This document shows positions 51,756-63,891 of a stretch of DNA of 64,000 bases, one piece after another. A program made the translations under genes and the position numbers. Position 1 is the first letter of the stretch; the number at the start of each line of letters is the position of its first letter. The notes under the pieces were generated by a model. That model searched no databases, was not told where the DNA came from, and was given only the letters and a program-made list of their open reading frames with translations. The stretch covers positions 14,771 through 78,770 of the forward strand of contig JBARXP010000451.1 of assembly GCA_049647405.1 (NCBI GenBank), written 5' to 3'. The stretch is from Elainellaceae cyanobacterium. Lineage in GTDB: Bacteria; Cyanobacteriota; Cyanobacteriia; CAKZMO01.

Positions 51756-53066
51756 CTACTGTTTAACCATGCCTTCATAGCGTTGCGAAATGACATAAGT
51801 TTGAACCTGCTTGGCGGTGTCAATTGCTACGCCAACTAGAATCAAGAGAGAAGTTGCTCCAAATCCTTGCTGGAAAGTCGTAATTCCTGTTGCCCCTTCT
51901 ACAGCAGTCGGAACCACAGCAACTAGACCCAGAAAAATTGCACCAAGGAAAGTCAGCCGATTCAGAACTTTCGTCAAATATTCACAAGTGGCCTTCCCAG
52001 GTCGTATACCAGGAATACTCGATCCCATCTTTTTAAGATTCTTCGACATGTCCTCAGGGTTGACAATGAGTGACGCATAGAAGTAGCTGAAGAACAAAAT
52101 CAACGTAAGAAAGACACCCACGTAAATCCATGAGCCTGGTTGTAATGCATTAACAGCCGATATCAAAGCATCATTTTGAAAAAACTGAGTCAAAGAAGCA
52201 GGAATGATAAGAACAGCAGAAGCAAAAATAATGGGCATCACACCCCCCTGATTTAATCTCAGAGGAAGGTAGCTGCTTTTTTCTAAATATGTCCGACGTC
52301 CGACTTGACGCCGAGCAGAAATAATGGGGATACGACGAGTTCCTTCCTGAACAAACACGATTCCGACAATCATGGCAACGAAAGCCAGCATCAGAATAAT
52401 AATTCCTCCAATCTCTCCACGATTTCCTTCTTGGGCTAAGCTAATCGTGTTTCCAAAGGAGCCAGGAAGACTTGAACAAATATTAAGGAAGATAAGTAGC
52501 GATGCGCCATTGCCGATCCCTTTTTCAGTAATGAGTTCGCCCATCCACATGACGAACATAGAGCCTGCTACCAAAGCCAAAACGGTTTGGACAATAAATA
52601 AGGAGCCTGGCGAGTCAGCAAATGTATTAACGAATAAGGCGATACCGACACTTTGTAGGGCCGCCCAGCCTGAAGCGACATAGCGAGTAATTTGAGAGAT
52701 CTTACGACGTCCAGCTTCACCCTCGTTTTTCTGCAACTCCTCTAAGCTGGGAATCGCAGCAGTCAGTAACTGCATGATAATGGAGGCATTAATGAAGGGA
52801 AGAATTCCCAACGCAAAAATGCCCAGTTGAGCAAATCCACCACCTGCAAGGATATCGATAAAATTGAGGACGCCTCCGAACCCGCTTCCCTCGATTGCAG
52901 CCGTAAACGCATCTCTGTCGATGCCTGGGACAGGGATAAAGACTCCAAGACGAGCTAAGACAAGCAGGCCAACAGTCAATAAAATTCTCCGCCTCAAGCC
53001 TGCCGCTTGAGCCATCTGCATGAAAGTTTCTTGGGCAGTGGGTGATTTGTCTCGGCTAACAACCAT
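51756..53066 (-). CDS. secY: preprotein translocase subunit SecY
   Basis: 10 TM helices, conserved plug and hinge motifs. Confidence 0.9.
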   Translation of the reverse strand: MVVSRDKSPTAQETFMQMAQAAGLRRRILLTVGLLVLARLGVFIPVPGIDRDAFTAAIEGSGFGGVLNFIDILAGGGFAQLGIFALGILPFINASIIMQLLTAAIPSLEELQKNEGEAGRRKISQITRYVASGWAALQSVGIALFVNTFADSPGSLFIVQTVLALVAGSMFVMWMGELITEKGIGNGASLLIFLNICSSLPGSFGNTISLAQEGNRGEIGGIIILMLAFVAMIVGIVFVQEGTRRIPIISARRQVGRRTYLEKSSYLPLRLNQGGVMPIIFASAVLIIPASLTQFFQNDALISAVNALQPGSWIYVGVFLTLILFFSYFYASLIVNPEDMSKNLKKMGSSIPGIRPGKATCEYLTKVLNRLTFLGAIFLGLVAVVPTAVEGATGITTFQQGFGATSLLILVGVAIDTAKQVQTYVISQRYEGMVKQ

Positions 53067-53220
53067 ACAACAACTTCCTTAAGTACGAAACTCGCCTCTA
53101 CGGCTCTTAGCAGTTCTTCTATCAGGATAACGCTCGCTGGATTCTTCTTGAGCTAACCCTGCTTGTTTACTCAGCACGCTAAGTCAGACTGAATGTTATG
53201 TGGAACTTTTATGTGAAACT

Positions 53221-53667
53221 TTACGATAGCGTTTCACATGAACCACCTGCGGCTTCAATCTTTGCCTTTGCACTCTTAGTAAATGCCGCTGCTTTAACCT
53301 GAAGTGCTACCTCAATCTCCCCATCACCCAAGATTTTAAGTGGCCCGTCATTCGCAGTCACAATGCCTGCTTCCATCAGGGAGGCAAGAGTCACTTCTGA
53401 ATCTTTCGGCAATTCATTGAGGCGGACAACGTTCACGGTAGTATAAATCTTCCGATTGATTACTGTAAAATGCTTGAGCTTCGGGACTCTCCGATAGAGA
53501 GGAAGTTGTCCTCCCTCGAAGCCTGGGCGTGTTCCTGATCCAGAACGAGACTTTTGCCCACGCATTCCAAATCCACCACTGGCTCCCTGACCTGCGGAAA
53601 TACCTCGACCAATGCGACGCCGCCGCTTTTTAGAACCTTGCTTGGGCTGAGCATCTTGTAGTCTCAT
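53221..53667 (-). CDS. rplO: 50S ribosomal protein L15
   Basis: Gly/Arg-rich N-terminus and operon position. Confidence 0.9.
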   Translation of the reverse strand: MRLQDAQPKQGSKKRRRRIGRGISAGQGASGGFGMRGQKSRSGSGTRPGFEGGQLPLYRRVPKLKHFTVINRKIYTTVNVVRLNELPKDSEVTLASLMEAGIVTANDGPLKILGDGEIEVALQVKAAAFTKSAKAKIEAAGGSCETLS

Positions 53668-53777
53668 GTCAACCTGACCTTCCAGTACAAACTAAGTGGA
53701 CGTTAATTCCGGTAATATTTCCAGCACAGTGGAAAAATCTGAGGGGCAATCACCTTGATTTGTGGCGATCGCATCTT

Positions 53778-54302
53778 CTAAGCGTAAAGCTTCTCAATGG
53801 GGATATCCCGTTCTTGAGCGACATCAGCCAAAGTTCTCAGGGTATCAAGAGCATCTACTGCGGCGCGGGCATTATTTAGCGGATTACTTGAACCCAGCTG
53901 TTTTGCTAGAATATTTCGCACTCCCGACAGCTCCAGAACAGTTCGAACTGCGCCGCCAGCAATTACACCTGTACCAGGGCCAGCCGGACGGATCATCACT
54001 CGAGCACCTCCACTAACCCCATGAGTTGGATGTGGGATAGAGTTCGACTTAGAAAGTGGCACTGTAACTAAGTGCTTCTTGGCATCAGCTACACCTTTAC
54101 GAACAGCGCCAATCACATCACTGGCTTTTCCTACACCAACGCCCACTTGTCCACGTTCATTCCCAACGACGACAACAGCACGGAAGCTCAGAGTTTTACC
54201 ACCTTTCACAACCTTCGTAACACGGCGAATTTGGACAACTCGCTCTTGCCACTCCGACTCTTTCTCTTTAGATTTATTATTTTTACGACGATTAGCCATC
54301 AC
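53778..54302 (-). CDS. rpsE: 30S ribosomal protein S5
   Basis: dsRBD-like N-domain [17 protein letters not shown]. Confidence 0.9.
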   Translation of the reverse strand: MMANRRKNNKSKEKESEWQERVVQIRRVTKVVKGGKTLSFRAVVVVGNERGQVGVGVGKASDVIGAVRKGVADAKKHLVTVPLSKSNSIPHPTHGVSGGARVMIRPAGPGTGVIAGGAVRTVLELSGVRNILAKQLGSSNPLNNARAAVDALDTLRTLADVAQERDIPIEKLYA

Positions 54303-54390
54303 TGAAATCTCCCTAGTCAGTATCTCTTAAGCGTTGTGTAATAAAGCGGTTCGGGTGGCATCCAATTTCAGATTGAACAAGCAAATACAG

Positions 54391-54753
54391 CTAAAATTCT
54401 AACCCTGCTTCCCGAGCAGCTTCTGCCAGAGCCTTGATCCGACCGTGGTAAAGCTTACCACCTCGGTCAAAAACAACCTGACGGATACCTTGCTCGAGCG
54501 ATCGCTTTGCAAGGATCTCGCCCACACGACTGGAAGCCTCACAAGTACGGCCTTTAGCAAAATCGCCCTTCAACTCAGGATCTAAAGTCGAGGCAGATAC
54601 TAGAGTACTGTGCTGCGAATCATCAATAACCTGGGCATAAATATGCTGATGAGAGCGAAAAACAGCTAGCCTGGGTCTTTCGGAAGTTCCTTGAAGCTTT
54701 TTCCGAATCCGGAAATGGCGACGTCGGGTTGACTCTTTGCGGTTGAGTTTCAT
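54391..54753 (-). CDS. rplR: 50S ribosomal protein L18
   Basis: [20 protein letters not shown]. Confidence 0.9.
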   Translation of the reverse strand: MKLNRKESTRRRHFRIRKKLQGTSERPRLAVFRSHQHIYAQVIDDSQHSTLVSASTLDPELKGDFAKGRTCEASSRVGEILAKRSLEQGIRQVVFDRGGKLYHGRIKALAEAAREAGLEF

Positions 54754-54756
54754 AAT

Positions 54757-55296
54757 TTACTTCTTCCCTGCCTTTCCAGCTTTCCGTCTCACAATTTCAT
54801 TTGCATAGCGAATGCCCTTCCCTTTGTATGGCTCCGGGGGACGAACACTCCGAATTCGAGCTGCAATGTTGCCTACAATTTCTTTATCAATACCGCTAAC
54901 CAAAACGTTGGTGTTAGTTTCAACGCTGAGATCAATGCCTACAGGAGGCTCAATCTGAACCGGATTACTAAATCCTACGTTAAGAATAAGGTTTTTCCCT
55001 TGAACCTGAGCCCTATAGCCAACTCCCTGAATTTCTAGGCGCTTCTGAAATCCGTTAGAAACACCCTCGACCATATTGGCAAGCAATGTTCTAGATAACC
55101 CATGTCGCTGACGAGCAACTCTGGATTCATTCACTCGCTTTACCACTAAAAAACTATCCTCTTGAGTCACGCTAACCCCGTAAGGCAGTATTCGTGACAG
55201 TTCACCCTTGGGGCCTTTGATGGTTACAGCTAAACCATCAATTGCAACGGTGACTTTTGGAGGAATTTCAATGGGTCTTTTACCAATACGTGACAT
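54757..55296 (-). CDS. rplF: 50S ribosomal protein L6
   Basis: [17 protein letters not shown]. Confidence 0.9.
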   Translation of the reverse strand: MSRIGKRPIEIPPKVTVAIDGLAVTIKGPKGELSRILPYGVSVTQEDSFLVVKRVNESRVARQRHGLSRTLLANMVEGVSNGFQKRLEIQGVGYRAQVQGKNLILNVGFSNPVQIEPPVGIDLSVETNTNVLVSGIDKEIVGNIAARIRSVRPPEPYKGKGIRYANEIVRRKAGKAGKK

Positions 55297-55424
55297 AGTG
55301 CTGAATCTCCTTGCCGGACTTGAATCGCTGATTCAATGTACCGATGTTCTACGGGGTTTAATGCTAGAAGCTATGGTATTCATGAGGGATGGACGAATGC
55401 ATGAATGAAAACATGGATGCTCTA

Positions 55425-55826
55425 TTACCAAATGTAACAAAGCACTTCTCCACCGACACCTTGACTCCGGGCGTCTCGATCCGTCATTACGCCTTGGGAT
55501 GTGGAGATAATTGCAACTCCGATGCCTCCGAGTACTCGAGGCAAGTCATTTCGTCTCGAATAAACACGCAAACCAGGTTTGCTCACCCTCTCTAACTTAC
55601 GGATGATGGGTTGCCGTCTCCGGCCCTTGTACTTCAAAGCGATGACAATGTTTCGTTTAGTGCCTTCGCCAGCTTCAGAAAATTCGTTGATAAAGCCCTC
55701 TTCACGAAGAACCTTAGCAATATTTCGAGTCATGCGAGTTGACGGAACTTCAACTACCTGATGCCTTGCAAGGCTCGCATTTCGAATGCGTGTTAGCATA
55801 TCTGCAATCGTGTCGTTGGATGCCAT
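55425..55826 (-). CDS. rpsH: 30S ribosomal protein S8
   Basis: [13 protein letters not shown]. Confidence 0.9.
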   Translation of the reverse strand: MASNDTIADMLTRIRNASLARHQVVEVPSTRMTRNIAKVLREEGFINEFSEAGEGTKRNIVIALKYKGRRRQPIIRKLERVSKPGLRVYSRRNDLPRVLGGIGVAIISTSQGVMTDRDARSQGVGGEVLCYIW

Positions 55827-55850
55827 AGATCCCTCTTAACTTAAAATCTG

Positions 55851-56402
55851 TCACTTATCCCAGAAGGGCATACCTAGCTCTTTCAGAAGGGCGCGCCCCT
55901 CTTCGTCTGTACTCGCAGTGGTCACGATCGAGATGTCCATTCCTCGAATTTGATCAATGCTGTCGTAGTCAACTTCAGGAAAAATGAGCTGCTCTCGAAC
56001 GCCAAGAGTGTAGTTGCCACGTCCATCAAAGCTATTGGGACTCACTCCACGGAAATCTCGAATGCGGGGCAAAGCAAGATTAATTAATCGATCAAGAAAT
56101 GCATACATGCGCTCTGATCTTAAGGTGACCATAGCCCCGATCGGCATACCCTGACGGATCTTAAAGCCTGCGATCGCTTTTTTTGCTCGAGTTACAACAG
56201 GCTTTTGACCCGTAATGACTGCAAGCTCACTGACCGAAGCTTCTAAAGACTTTGCATTTTGGGCTGCTTCGCCTAGTCCTCGGTTAATGGTCACCTTGAT
56301 AACCTTGGGAACCCTATGAGCGTTGTCATACTTAAACTGTTCAACCAGCTTTGGAACAACTTTGTCTTGATACAGGATTTTCATCCGCTGCGCAGTCACC
56401 AT
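55851..56402 (-). CDS. rplE: 50S ribosomal protein L5
   Basis: Operon position and length; rpsN absent between rplE and rpsH as expected for cyanobacteria. Confidence 0.9.
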   Translation of the reverse strand: MVTAQRMKILYQDKVVPKLVEQFKYDNAHRVPKVIKVTINRGLGEAAQNAKSLEASVSELAVITGQKPVVTRAKKAIAGFKIRQGMPIGAMVTLRSERMYAFLDRLINLALPRIRDFRGVSPNSFDGRGNYTLGVREQLIFPEVDYDSIDQIRGMDISIVTTASTDEEGRALLKELGMPFWDK

Positions 56403-56518
56403 CTCTTATACCCCCTATATCTCTGGTCTTAGTCAGAGAATTGTCCAACCCTATCAATCTACTAGTACAAGTCAGATACATTTAAGTATTCAGGCTAGTG
56501 TCGAAATGAATTGATGAG

Positions 56519-56878
56519 CTATTGCGCATCAATAACCTCGCCTGTTTTCTTTAGCATTCTGACTTTTCTCCCACTATCGTCGTAGGTGTAGCACACACGG
56601 CTAGCTACCTTCTCTTTAGACGAGTAAAGCATTACATTTGAACTGTGAATCGGCGCATCAAACGTCTGAATTTGACCCGATTCACCTTCCTGACGAGGCT
56701 TGACATGCTTAGTCCGGGTATTCACTCCCTCGACAACAATTTTGCCAAGCTTAGGAAGAGTTCGAACTACTGTACCAACCTTTCCTTTCTCCGCTCCGGT
56801 AATAACCTGAACGGTATCGCCAGTTTTTACGTGCATCTTGTAGCGCTTAGGCTGAGAACTTGATTTTCCTTGTGGCAT
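56519..56878 (-). CDS. rplX: 50S ribosomal protein L24
   Basis: KOW motif [20 protein letters not shown]. Confidence 0.9.
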   Translation of the reverse strand: MPQGKSSSQPKRYKMHVKTGDTVQVITGAEKGKVGTVVRTLPKLGKIVVEGVNTRTKHVKPRQEGESGQIQTFDAPIHSSNVMLYSSKEKVASRVCYTYDDSGRKVRMLKKTGEVIDAQ

Positions 56879-57246
56879 CAGAGAACCTCCGGAGCTAGAG
56901 AGACAATTTTTGTGAAACTCTTATCCCGAAGTTCGCGAGCAACGGGACCAAACACGCGCGTCCCTCTCGGATTCCCTTCGGCGTTAATAATCACCGCAGC
57001 GTTATCGTCGAACCGGATACTCATGCCACTGTCACGACGCAGACCCTTTCGAGTTCGGACAATAACGGCACGCACAATATCTGACTTTTTAACTGCCATA
57101 TTTGGGAGTGCGTCTTTCACGACAGCAACGACAATATCGCCAACTCCCGCATAACGACGATTGCCGCCAAGAACGCGAATACACATGAGCTTACGGGCAC
57201 CACTATTGTCAGCAACATTAAGGTACGATTCTTGCTGGATCACGGC
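56878..57246 (-). CDS. rplN: 50S ribosomal protein L14 (GTG start)
   Basis: (V->M)[25 protein letters not shown]; GGAG SD upstream of GTG 57246. Confidence 0.85.
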   Translation of the reverse strand, partial: AVIQQESYLNVADNSGARKLMCIRVLGGNRRYAGVGDIVVAVVKDALPNMAVKKSDIVRAVIVRTRKGLRRDSGMSIRFDDNAAVIINAEGNPRGTRVFGPVARELRDKSFTKIVSLAPEVL

Positions 57247-57302
57247 AAATCTCCTGGCACAATAAAGAAAAAATAACGGCAAATAGAATATGTTTAGATG
57301 CC

Positions 57303-57554
57303 TTAACTATTTGAACTAGCACCTATGATTTCTGCAACTATCCAGTGCTTGTCTCGGCTCAAAGGGCGGGTTTCTTGAATCCGAACGCGATCGCCAACAG
57401 AACACTGATTCTCGGCGTCGTGAACTTTGTAGCGCTTGGTTCTCACCATAATCTTCCGGTACTTCGGATGAGGAATGCGAGTTTCTATCGCCACAACAAC
57501 TGTCTTGTCCATCTTGTCGCTAACGACTAAACCGACTCTCTCTTTCGTAGCCAT
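57303..57554 (-). CDS. rpsQ: 30S ribosomal protein S17
   Basis: [24 protein letters not shown]. Confidence 0.9.
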   Translation of the reverse strand: MATKERVGLVVSDKMDKTVVVAIETRIPHPKYRKIMVRTKRYKVHDAENQCSVGDRVRIQETRPLSRDKHWIVAEIIGASSNS

Positions 57555-57560
57555 AGCCTT

Positions 57561-57851
57561 TTACCCTTCTTTCGATTCAGATGTAGTAGATTCGTCAGAT
57601 ACTTCTGCCTGCGACGCTTTCGCTGTTGGTGCATCTGACTCAGCAATAACTTGATTCATTTGTCGTTCACGCTCTGCAGTCAGCAATTGAGCTAAACGGT
57701 GGCGAGCGTGCTTAAACTGATGATTTGTTTCAAGCTGCCGAGTTGATTTCTGGAAGCGCAGGTCAAAGAGATGCTTTTTAATCCCTACGATTTCCTCTTG
57801 TAGCGTTTCGTCTGTCAGCTCCCGAATCTCAGACATTTTAGAGAGTGGCAT
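57561..57851 (-). CDS. rpmC: 50S ribosomal protein L29 with ~30-aa acidic C-terminal extension
   Basis: Core LRELTDETLQEEIVGIKKHLFDLRFQ; tail ...ESDAPTAKASQAEVSDESTTSESKEG. Confidence 0.85.
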   Translation of the reverse strand: MPLSKMSEIRELTDETLQEEIVGIKKHLFDLRFQKSTRQLETNHQFKHARHRLAQLLTAERERQMNQVIAESDAPTAKASQAEVSDESTTSESKEG

Positions 57852-57853
57852 TT

Positions 57854-58273
57854 CTAAGCATCCTCCGTCTCTCGCTTGATGAACTTGGTTTTAATCGGTA
57901 ATTTGAAGGACGCCAACCGCATCGCTTCCCGTGCGGTTTCCTCTGGAACACCTGCAATCTCAAACAGAATGCGACCAGGCTTCACAACGGCAACCCAGTA
58001 TTCCGGGTTACCTTTACCAGAGCCCATCCGCGTTTCAGCAGGGCGCATCGTAATAGGCTTATCTGGAAAAATGCGAATCCATATTTTTCCGCCGCGACGA
58101 ACGTAACGCGTCATGGCTCGACGACTAGCCTCAATTTGGCGAGATGTAATCCAGGATGGCTCTAAAGCTTGAAGTGCGAAATCTCCGAAATTGAGCGTAC
58201 TACCGCGAGTTGCAAGTCCGCGCATCCGACCGCGATGCTGTTTGCGAAATTTTGTTCGTTTTGGGCTAAGCAT
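57854..58273 (-). CDS. rplP: 50S ribosomal protein L16
   Basis: [19 protein letters not shown]. Confidence 0.9.
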   Translation of the reverse strand: MLSPKRTKFRKQHRGRMRGLATRGSTLNFGDFALQALEPSWITSRQIEASRRAMTRYVRRGGKIWIRIFPDKPITMRPAETRMGSGKGNPEYWVAVVKPGRILFEIAGVPEETAREAMRLASFKLPIKTKFIKRETEDA

Positions 58274-58335
58274 AATTTGCCACCTTCTGCACTGGCTCTA
58301 ATTCCAAATAGTGTCTGACGTCTTGAGAGGAAGAA

Positions 58336-59079
58336 CTAGGACTCGCTGGAACGATCCTCAAATTGCTGTCTACGACGTTGTTGCTGTTGACGACGGCGAG
58401 GCTGAACATTATTCGTCGATGCAACATCTTCCTGACCAGGGACGATCTCACCCCTAAATACCCAAACCTTAATACCTAGAACTCCGTAAATTGTTTGGGC
58501 AGTGCGATAAGAGTAATCAATGTCAGCCCGCAATGTGTGAAGAGGTACTTTACCTTCGCGGGTATATTCAGTTCGAGCAATTTCTGCACCATTAAGACGC
58601 CCGCTGACCTGAATTTTGATGCCTTCAACACCTGCACGTTGAGCGCGTTGAATCGCCTGACGGATTACCCGCCGGAAAGAAACCCGTCGCTCTAACTGTT
58701 GAACGATGAACTCGGCTATAAGCGCCGCATCAGCATCAACTCGTGCAATTTCAACAACGTTGATACGAATCTGACGATTGCTATCTTTCAACTTTCGCTG
58801 TAATCCTTCTCTCAGCGATTCAATCCCTGAACCACCTCGACCAACCACAACGCCAGGACGCGCAGTACGGATTTCTAGATCAATTTGATCGGCCTTCCGC
58901 TCAATTCGAATCTCAGAAATACCCGCGTTACTCAAGCTCTTATCTGTGCTGATGTACTGTCGAATCTGATGATCTTCTCTCAATAATTCTGAGTAACGAT
59001 TAGAATCAGCAAACCACCGGGAGCGATGATCTTGAGTAATTCCTAAGCGAAAACCAGTTGGGTGGATTTTTTGTCCCAC
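58336..59079 (-). CDS. rpsC: 30S ribosomal protein S3 with Arg/Gln-rich C-terminal tail
   Basis: [24 protein letters not shown]; KH domain. Confidence 0.9.
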   Translation of the reverse strand: MGQKIHPTGFRLGITQDHRSRWFADSNRYSELLREDHQIRQYISTDKSLSNAGISEIRIERKADQIDLEIRTARPGVVVGRGGSGIESLREGLQRKLKDSNRQIRINVVEIARVDADAALIAEFIVQQLERRVSFRRVIRQAIQRAQRAGVEGIKIQVSGRLNGAEIARTEYTREGKVPLHTLRADIDYSYRTAQTIYGVLGIKVWVFRGEIVPGQEDVASTNNVQPRRRQQQQRRRQQFEDRSSES

Positions 59080-59156
59080 AATATACCCTCTACAATCTTA
59101 AATAGATAAACTTTCAGGCGACTAAAACAGCCAAACAAGTTCTCTTGAACAACACA

Positions 59157-59519
59157 TCATTCGTCTTCAACGTTAGGAGCGACAGCGATAGTGATGTGGC
59201 AAGTTGGCTTTCGAATCTGATAAGCACGCCCTTGAGCCCGAGGACGGAAGCGCTTAAAGACAGGACCCTGATCTGCATAGGCTTGGCTAATAAAAAGATC
59301 AGCCGGAACGTAGCCTTCATTGTGCTCAGCATTTGCAACTGCTGATCTCAAAACCTTGAGGATAGGCTCGCACGCTTTGTACGGCATAAACTCTAGGATA
59401 ATCAAAGCCTCTCGATAAGATCTCCCTCGAATTTGGTCAAGCACTCGACGTGCCTTAAAGGGTGACATTCGAATATATTTGGCGATCGCCTTAACTTCAT
59501 TGTCAGCAGTTGCCACCAT
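59157..59519 (-). CDS. rplV: 50S ribosomal protein L22
   Basis: Operon position, [27 protein letters not shown]. Confidence 0.9.
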   Translation of the reverse strand: MVATADNEVKAIAKYIRMSPFKARRVLDQIRGRSYREALIILEFMPYKACEPILKVLRSAVANAEHNEGYVPADLFISQAYADQGPVFKRFRPRAQGRAYQIRKPTCHITIAVAPNVEDE

Positions 59520-59634
59520 TTCCTAATACCTTCTTGAACTAACAGTCTCTACGCACACAACACACAAAGACATCTACTTGTCTAAACTTAATTCAGAATC
59601 AATCTCAAGCCTACGAAGCTATAGCTGCAAGCTT

Positions 59635-59913
59635 CTAACGACGTGCTTTTTTGTCGCTTTTGGCATGTCCTCTAAAAGTTCGAGTCGGAGCAAATTCACC
59701 CAGCTTATGCCCCACCATCTGTTCTGTTACATAGACGGGGACATGTTGCCGACCATTATGAACCGCGATGGTGTGACCGATCATCTGAGGAATAATTGTT
59801 GAAGCTCGCGACCAAGTTTTTATAACTTGCTTGTCGCCCTTCGCATTGAGCGCTTCAATCTTCGAAAGTAAGTGGTCTGCAACAAAAGGGCCTTTTTTGA
59901 GTGAGCGCGACAT
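59635..59913 (-). CDS. rpsS: 30S ribosomal protein S19
   Basis: [16 protein letters not shown]...[29 protein letters not shown]. Confidence 0.9.
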   Translation of the reverse strand: MSRSLKKGPFVADHLLSKIEALNAKGDKQVIKTWSRASTIIPQMIGHTIAVHNGRQHVPVYVTEQMVGHKLGEFAPTRTFRGHAKSDKKARR

Positions 59914-59998
59914 AAAGCTATACCTCAAAGCTAGTTAGTGACAACTGTCTGCTACTGAATGCAGATTAACGTTAACGACAAGTCGGAAAGACTCAGAC

Positions 59999-60862
59999 TT
60001 AAGAACTCCGACCGCCTCGGCCACGCTTAGATGATCGACGCCTACGCCTCACAATCAGATCATCACTAGCTTTGCGGCGCTTGCGTGTTTTGTATCCTAG
60101 AGCAGGCTTACCCCAGGGGGTAACAGGACCACTTCGACCAATCGGGGCACGTCCTTCACCACCACCGTGAGGGTGATCTACCGGGTTCATGACGCTGCCT
60201 CGAACTTCCGGACGACGGCCTTTCCATCGCTTACGACCCGCTTTGCCTAAGCTTGCGTTGCGCACGTCAGCGTTGCCTACTTGCCCAATCGTGGCATAGC
60301 ATTCACGACGAATCATCCGAACTTCACTAGACGGAAGCTTCAACGTAACGAAGTCGCCTTCTTTTGCTACTACCTGTGCCGACGCACCTGCTGCACGAAC
60401 AATCTGCCCACCCCTGCCGGGATAAAGTTCGACGTTGTGAACCGTTGTTCCTAAAGGAATGTTTGAGAGCGGTAATGCATTACCAATTTCAAACGGCACA
60501 TTCTCTCCTGCAATTACAGTAGAACCCACTGCCAAGTTTGCAGGATATAGGATGTAACGCTTCTCCCCATCTTCATAGTGAAGCAGAGAAATTCGAGCGT
60601 TACGATTTGGGTCATACTCTACTGAAGCGACTTTTGCTACAACGTTTCGCTTATCTCGGCGAAAATCGACAATGCGATAAAGCCGCTTGTGGCCGCCACC
60701 TCGGTGTCGGCAGGTAATGACTCCCCGATTATTTCGACCCTTTGGACGGTGAACGTGACGAGTTAGAGATTTTTCAGGCTCACTGCGCGTGACCTCAGAG
60801 AAATCTGAAACAACTCGCTCTCGAGTTCCGGGAGTGTATGGTCGGTAATAACGAATTCCCAT
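59999..60862 (-). CDS. rplB: 50S ribosomal protein L2
   Basis: Operon position and conserved core ([15 protein letters not shown]). Confidence 0.9.
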   Translation of the reverse strand: MGIRYYRPYTPGTRERVVSDFSEVTRSEPEKSLTRHVHRPKGRNNRGVITCRHRGGGHKRLYRIVDFRRDKRNVVAKVASVEYDPNRNARISLLHYEDGEKRYILYPANLAVGSTVIAGENVPFEIGNALPLSNIPLGTTVHNVELYPGRGGQIVRAAGASAQVVAKEGDFVTLKLPSSEVRMIRRECYATIGQVGNADVRNASLGKAGRKRWKGRRPEVRGSVMNPVDHPHGGGEGRAPIGRSGPVTPWGKPALGYKTRKRRKASDDLIVRRRRRSSKRGRGGRSS

Positions 60863-60961
60863 AGGTCAACCCTTGAATACAGCAGGCAAACGTATTGCCA
60901 TGATTTCAGTAGTACAGACCAAGACGCCTGAAAACTGTCTTTGATAGATATAGCCAGAGTT

Positions 60962-61264
60962 TTAGACCTCTGGGAACAGGGTGATAGAATCACCTTCAGC
61001 TAAAGTCACAACTGCTTTTTTATAGTGCGGCTTATAGCCCATAAACTTTCCCATTCTCTTCTTTCGAAGGGGAGGGTTCATCGTACGCACCGATACAACC
61101 TTGACATCAAACAATTGTTCTATTGCAGCTTTGATATCTGGCTTGGTTGCAGTCGGCACAACCTCAAACGTGTAGTGATTATTTTCTAGCTGGATTGTCG
61201 CTTTCTCAGTCACGATTGGGCGTCGAATCAAGTCGGGTAAATCACGAGATTCTGTTCTAGGCAC
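60962..61264 (-). CDS. rplW: 50S ribosomal protein L23
   Basis: [13 protein letters not shown]. Confidence 0.9.
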   Translation of the reverse strand: MPRTESRDLPDLIRRPIVTEKATIQLENNHYTFEVVPTATKPDIKAAIEQLFDVKVVSVRTMNPPLRKKRMGKFMGYKPHYKKAVVTLAEGDSITLFPEV

Positions 61265-61889
61265 TGTATACCTCCTTGATTGACTCTAATGCTGAGGCTG
61301 TAACCAAGATGTGGTCTGCTGCAAGTAAATCGTAAATATTCAAGTTTCCGGCTGTGATTAACTTGATATTGGGCACGTTGCGAGCAGAAAGCTCAACGTT
61401 TTCTTCGCGCTGCTCTAAAATCATCAGAACCTTAGAATCGGCCTGAACACCCCATCGACTGATTGCCTCAAGCAAATCCTTCGTGCGAGGACGTTGAAGA
61501 TTTTCAGAAAAATTTTCAACTACGATCAAGTCATCAATCCGGCTCTGAAATACCGTGCGGAGAGCTAAACGCCGCTCCTTTCGATTCATCTTCGTGTGGT
61601 AATCGCGTGGCTTTGGGCCAAAAATTACACCACCACCACGCCACAGAGGAGAGCGAATCGAACCTGCTCTGGCTCGGCCTGTGCCTTTTTGCCTCCAAGG
61701 CTTGCGGCCACCCCCTCGGACTTCTGCACGGGTCTTTGTTGATGCAGTGCCTTGTCTCGCGTTAGCCATTTGGCGTGTTAAGGCGCGATGAACAATGTGA
61801 GACGCATTTTCACCTTGAGCAACAGCCAGGTCTAGGTCTACACTTCCAACCTCTCCGCCTTGCCAGTTGCGAATTGTACAGTCAACCAT
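61257..61889 (-). CDS. rplD: 50S ribosomal protein L4 (start at [10 protein letters not shown]; alternative GTG 61913 abuts rplC stop)
   Basis: Conserved N-terminus [14 protein letters not shown]; AGGT 8 nt upstream of ATG 61889. Confidence 0.85.
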   Translation of the reverse strand: MVDCTIRNWQGGEVGSVDLDLAVAQGENASHIVHRALTRQMANARQGTASTKTRAEVRGGGRKPWRQKGTGRARAGSIRSPLWRGGGVIFGPKPRDYHTKMNRKERRLALRTVFQSRIDDLIVVENFSENLQRPRTKDLLEAISRWGVQADSKVLMILEQREENVELSARNVPNIKLITAGNLNIYDLLAADHILVTASALESIKEVYSA

Positions 61890-61913
61890 AACGTTTATAC
61901 CTGCTTTGCTCAC

Positions 61914-62543
61914 TTACCATATCTTGGTCGGCTTAATATTCAGGAAAGAACCTGCTTTTCCTGGAACAGCGCCTTTAACGAGAAGGAGGTTGCGCTCGGT
62001 ATCAACCTCTATAATCGTCAATTTCCGAATCGTAACCTGACAATTTCCGGACTGCCCCGCCATGCGCTTTCCTGGGTAGATACGGCCAGGGGTAGTTCCG
62101 GCTCCGGTTGAACCTGGTGAACGATGGTTTTTGGAACCGTGAGACATGGGGCCGCGTCGGAAATTGTGCCGCTTTTGGTATCCAGTAAAGCCTTTACCAA
62201 TGCTGATACCAGTAACATCAACGATTTGGCCGTTCTCAAAGATATCGACTTTGACTTCTTGCCCTGTCTCGTATGAACTTACATCCTCTAGGCGATACTC
62301 ATGAAGATGACGGACAGGAGTAACACTAGCTTTCTGAAGATGACCTAATTCTGGTCTGCTCAGCGCTTTTTCTTTGACACGGCCATATCCTACCTGTAAG
62401 GCGCTATAGCCATCTGTCTCGAGGGTTTTGATTTGTGTAACTGGGCAGGGACCCGCTGCAATCACCGTCACCGGAATAGCGCGACCTTCCTCATCAAATA
62501 TTTGAGTCATACCCAGCTTGGTGCCAAGAATTCCTAGTGTCAC
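61914..62543 (-). CDS. rplC: 50S ribosomal protein L3
   Basis: [27 protein letters not shown]; first gene of cluster, no rpsJ upstream (cyanobacterial arrangement). Confidence 0.9.
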   Translation of the reverse strand: MTLGILGTKLGMTQIFDEEGRAIPVTVIAAGPCPVTQIKTLETDGYSALQVGYGRVKEKALSRPELGHLQKASVTPVRHLHEYRLEDVSSYETGQEVKVDIFENGQIVDVTGISIGKGFTGYQKRHNFRRGPMSHGSKNHRSPGSTGAGTTPGRIYPGKRMAGQSGNCQVTIRKLTIIEVDTERNLLLVKGAVPGKAGSFLNIKPTKIW

Positions 62544-63029
62544 CGTTTGTAAACCTCCTCAGGTCATCATGAAACTTGCCCCTGCGGACAATACTGCTAA
62601 TGACTCCTCAACTTCAAAGATTAAGAAGTAGTCGCTACCAGACTCAAATTGCCCCTCAAGACTGGCTACGGTACTTTTCGCACCGCTTCACCAACTTCTT
62701 ATTCACTCGGCAACAATTTCCTTGAGAGCGTCAAGACTTAGATGCCAGTAAAACATCCAGTATCTCGTACGACGCTACTGTGACTTAATTAGAGCAAATC
62801 TAACTGCTTGATCCTTACAGGGTCAGTGTTTTGTCCAACAAAGGAACATCTCACTTTCAAGAGTCACAGGCGCTCTTTCTTTTGTAAGCCACGATTAACC
62901 ATAATACACAGTGAAACAACGACTGTCTACACTTGCCCAATATTTTCTTGTGCAAAAACATCGAGCTACTGACTTAGGCCAAAGATATACGTCGCCCAGC
63001 GTGCGATCGCACACCATCATCGCTCTGCA

Positions 63030-63788
63030 TTAAATCTCAAAATTAGCTCCCTTTTGCGCCAGTTCTCGATATTTCGCCTCATCAAATCGGTAGAGCCGAG
63101 GCGGACGGTGGGGGGCGCTGTCATCGAATTCGTCTAATTCTTGCAGCAACTCCATTTTGAGGAACTTTTTGCGAAAGTTGCGCTTGTCTAGCTCTTTACC
63201 CAAAACGGTTTCATAGAGCTTCTGGAGCTGAAAAAACGTGAACTTTTGCGGCAGCAGCTCAAAGCCAATCGGTTCATAGCGAATCTTATTTTGCAGCCGT
63301 GCCAGCGCCATAGCAAGAATCTGGGCGTGGTCAAAGGCCAGATCTGGCAGCGCATTGACTGAAAACCATTGAGCCTGAGCCGCATCGGTGGCGGCTCGCA
63401 CCGTGTGGTCGCGCAAATTGACCAAGGCATAGTAGGCCACTGTGACGACTCTTTCCCGTGGGTCACGTTCCAAATCTCCAAAGGTGTAGAGCTGTTCGAG
63501 AAATACATCTATTAAGCTCGTTTCTTCCCGCAGTTCCCGACGGGCGGCATCTTCTAGCGACTCATCTAATCGCACAAACCCTCCTGGCAATGCCCACTCA
63601 CCTTCAAAGGGAGGCAGCTTGCGCTGGATCAGCACAACCTTGAGAGCATGAGTCTCGTCGAGGCCAAAAACAACGCAATCGACCGTTAGAGCAGGCCGAG
63701 GATAGGGATAAGTGTATCGCCCAGAATCCTGTTCATAAAAGGGCTCTGGAGATAGCTGCGGAGACGGTTTAGATGCGGAGGTTGACAT
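63030..63788 (-). CDS. nrtR: NrtR-like Nudix hydrolase/transcriptional regulator (Nudix domain + C-terminal winged-helix)
   Basis: Nudix box [30 protein letters not shown]; C-terminal domain [33 protein letters not shown] matching the NrtR wHTH signature. Confidence 0.7.
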   Translation of the reverse strand: MSTSASKPSPQLSPEPFYEQDSGRYTYPYPRPALTVDCVVFGLDETHALKVVLIQRKLPPFEGEWALPGGFVRLDESLEDAARRELREETSLIDVFLEQLYTFGDLERDPRERVVTVAYYALVNLRDHTVRAATDAAQAQWFSVNALPDLAFDHAQILAMALARLQNKIRYEPIGFELLPQKFTFFQLQKLYETVLGKELDKRNFRKKFLKMELLQELDEFDDSAPHRPPRLYRFDEAKYRELAQKGANFEI

Positions 63789-63836
63789 AGTGTAAATCTG
63801 ACACTACGTTGAATTTATAGTGTTCAATCTACACTA
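63788..63836. promoter_or_regulatory. two identical 19-bp palindromes TAGTGT-N7-ACACTA (63788-63806 and 63818-63836) in the nrtR / ADP-ribosylglycohydrolase divergent promoter; candidate NrtR operators
   Basis: Directly read; 30-bp centre-to-centre spacing; first overlaps nrtR start codon. Confidence 0.5.
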
Positions 63837-63891
63837 TTCAGTATCGACTCGCAATTTGATGGGCGCTGATCCACTCTACGGAGAATGTTTT

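Noticed and set aside
46300-62543. Absence of rpsJ, rpsN and rpmD from the ribosomal cluster as a deletion
   Set aside because: This is the standard cyanobacterial arrangement (rpsJ lies in the str operon; S14 and L30 are encoded elsewhere or absent). It is not an anomaly.
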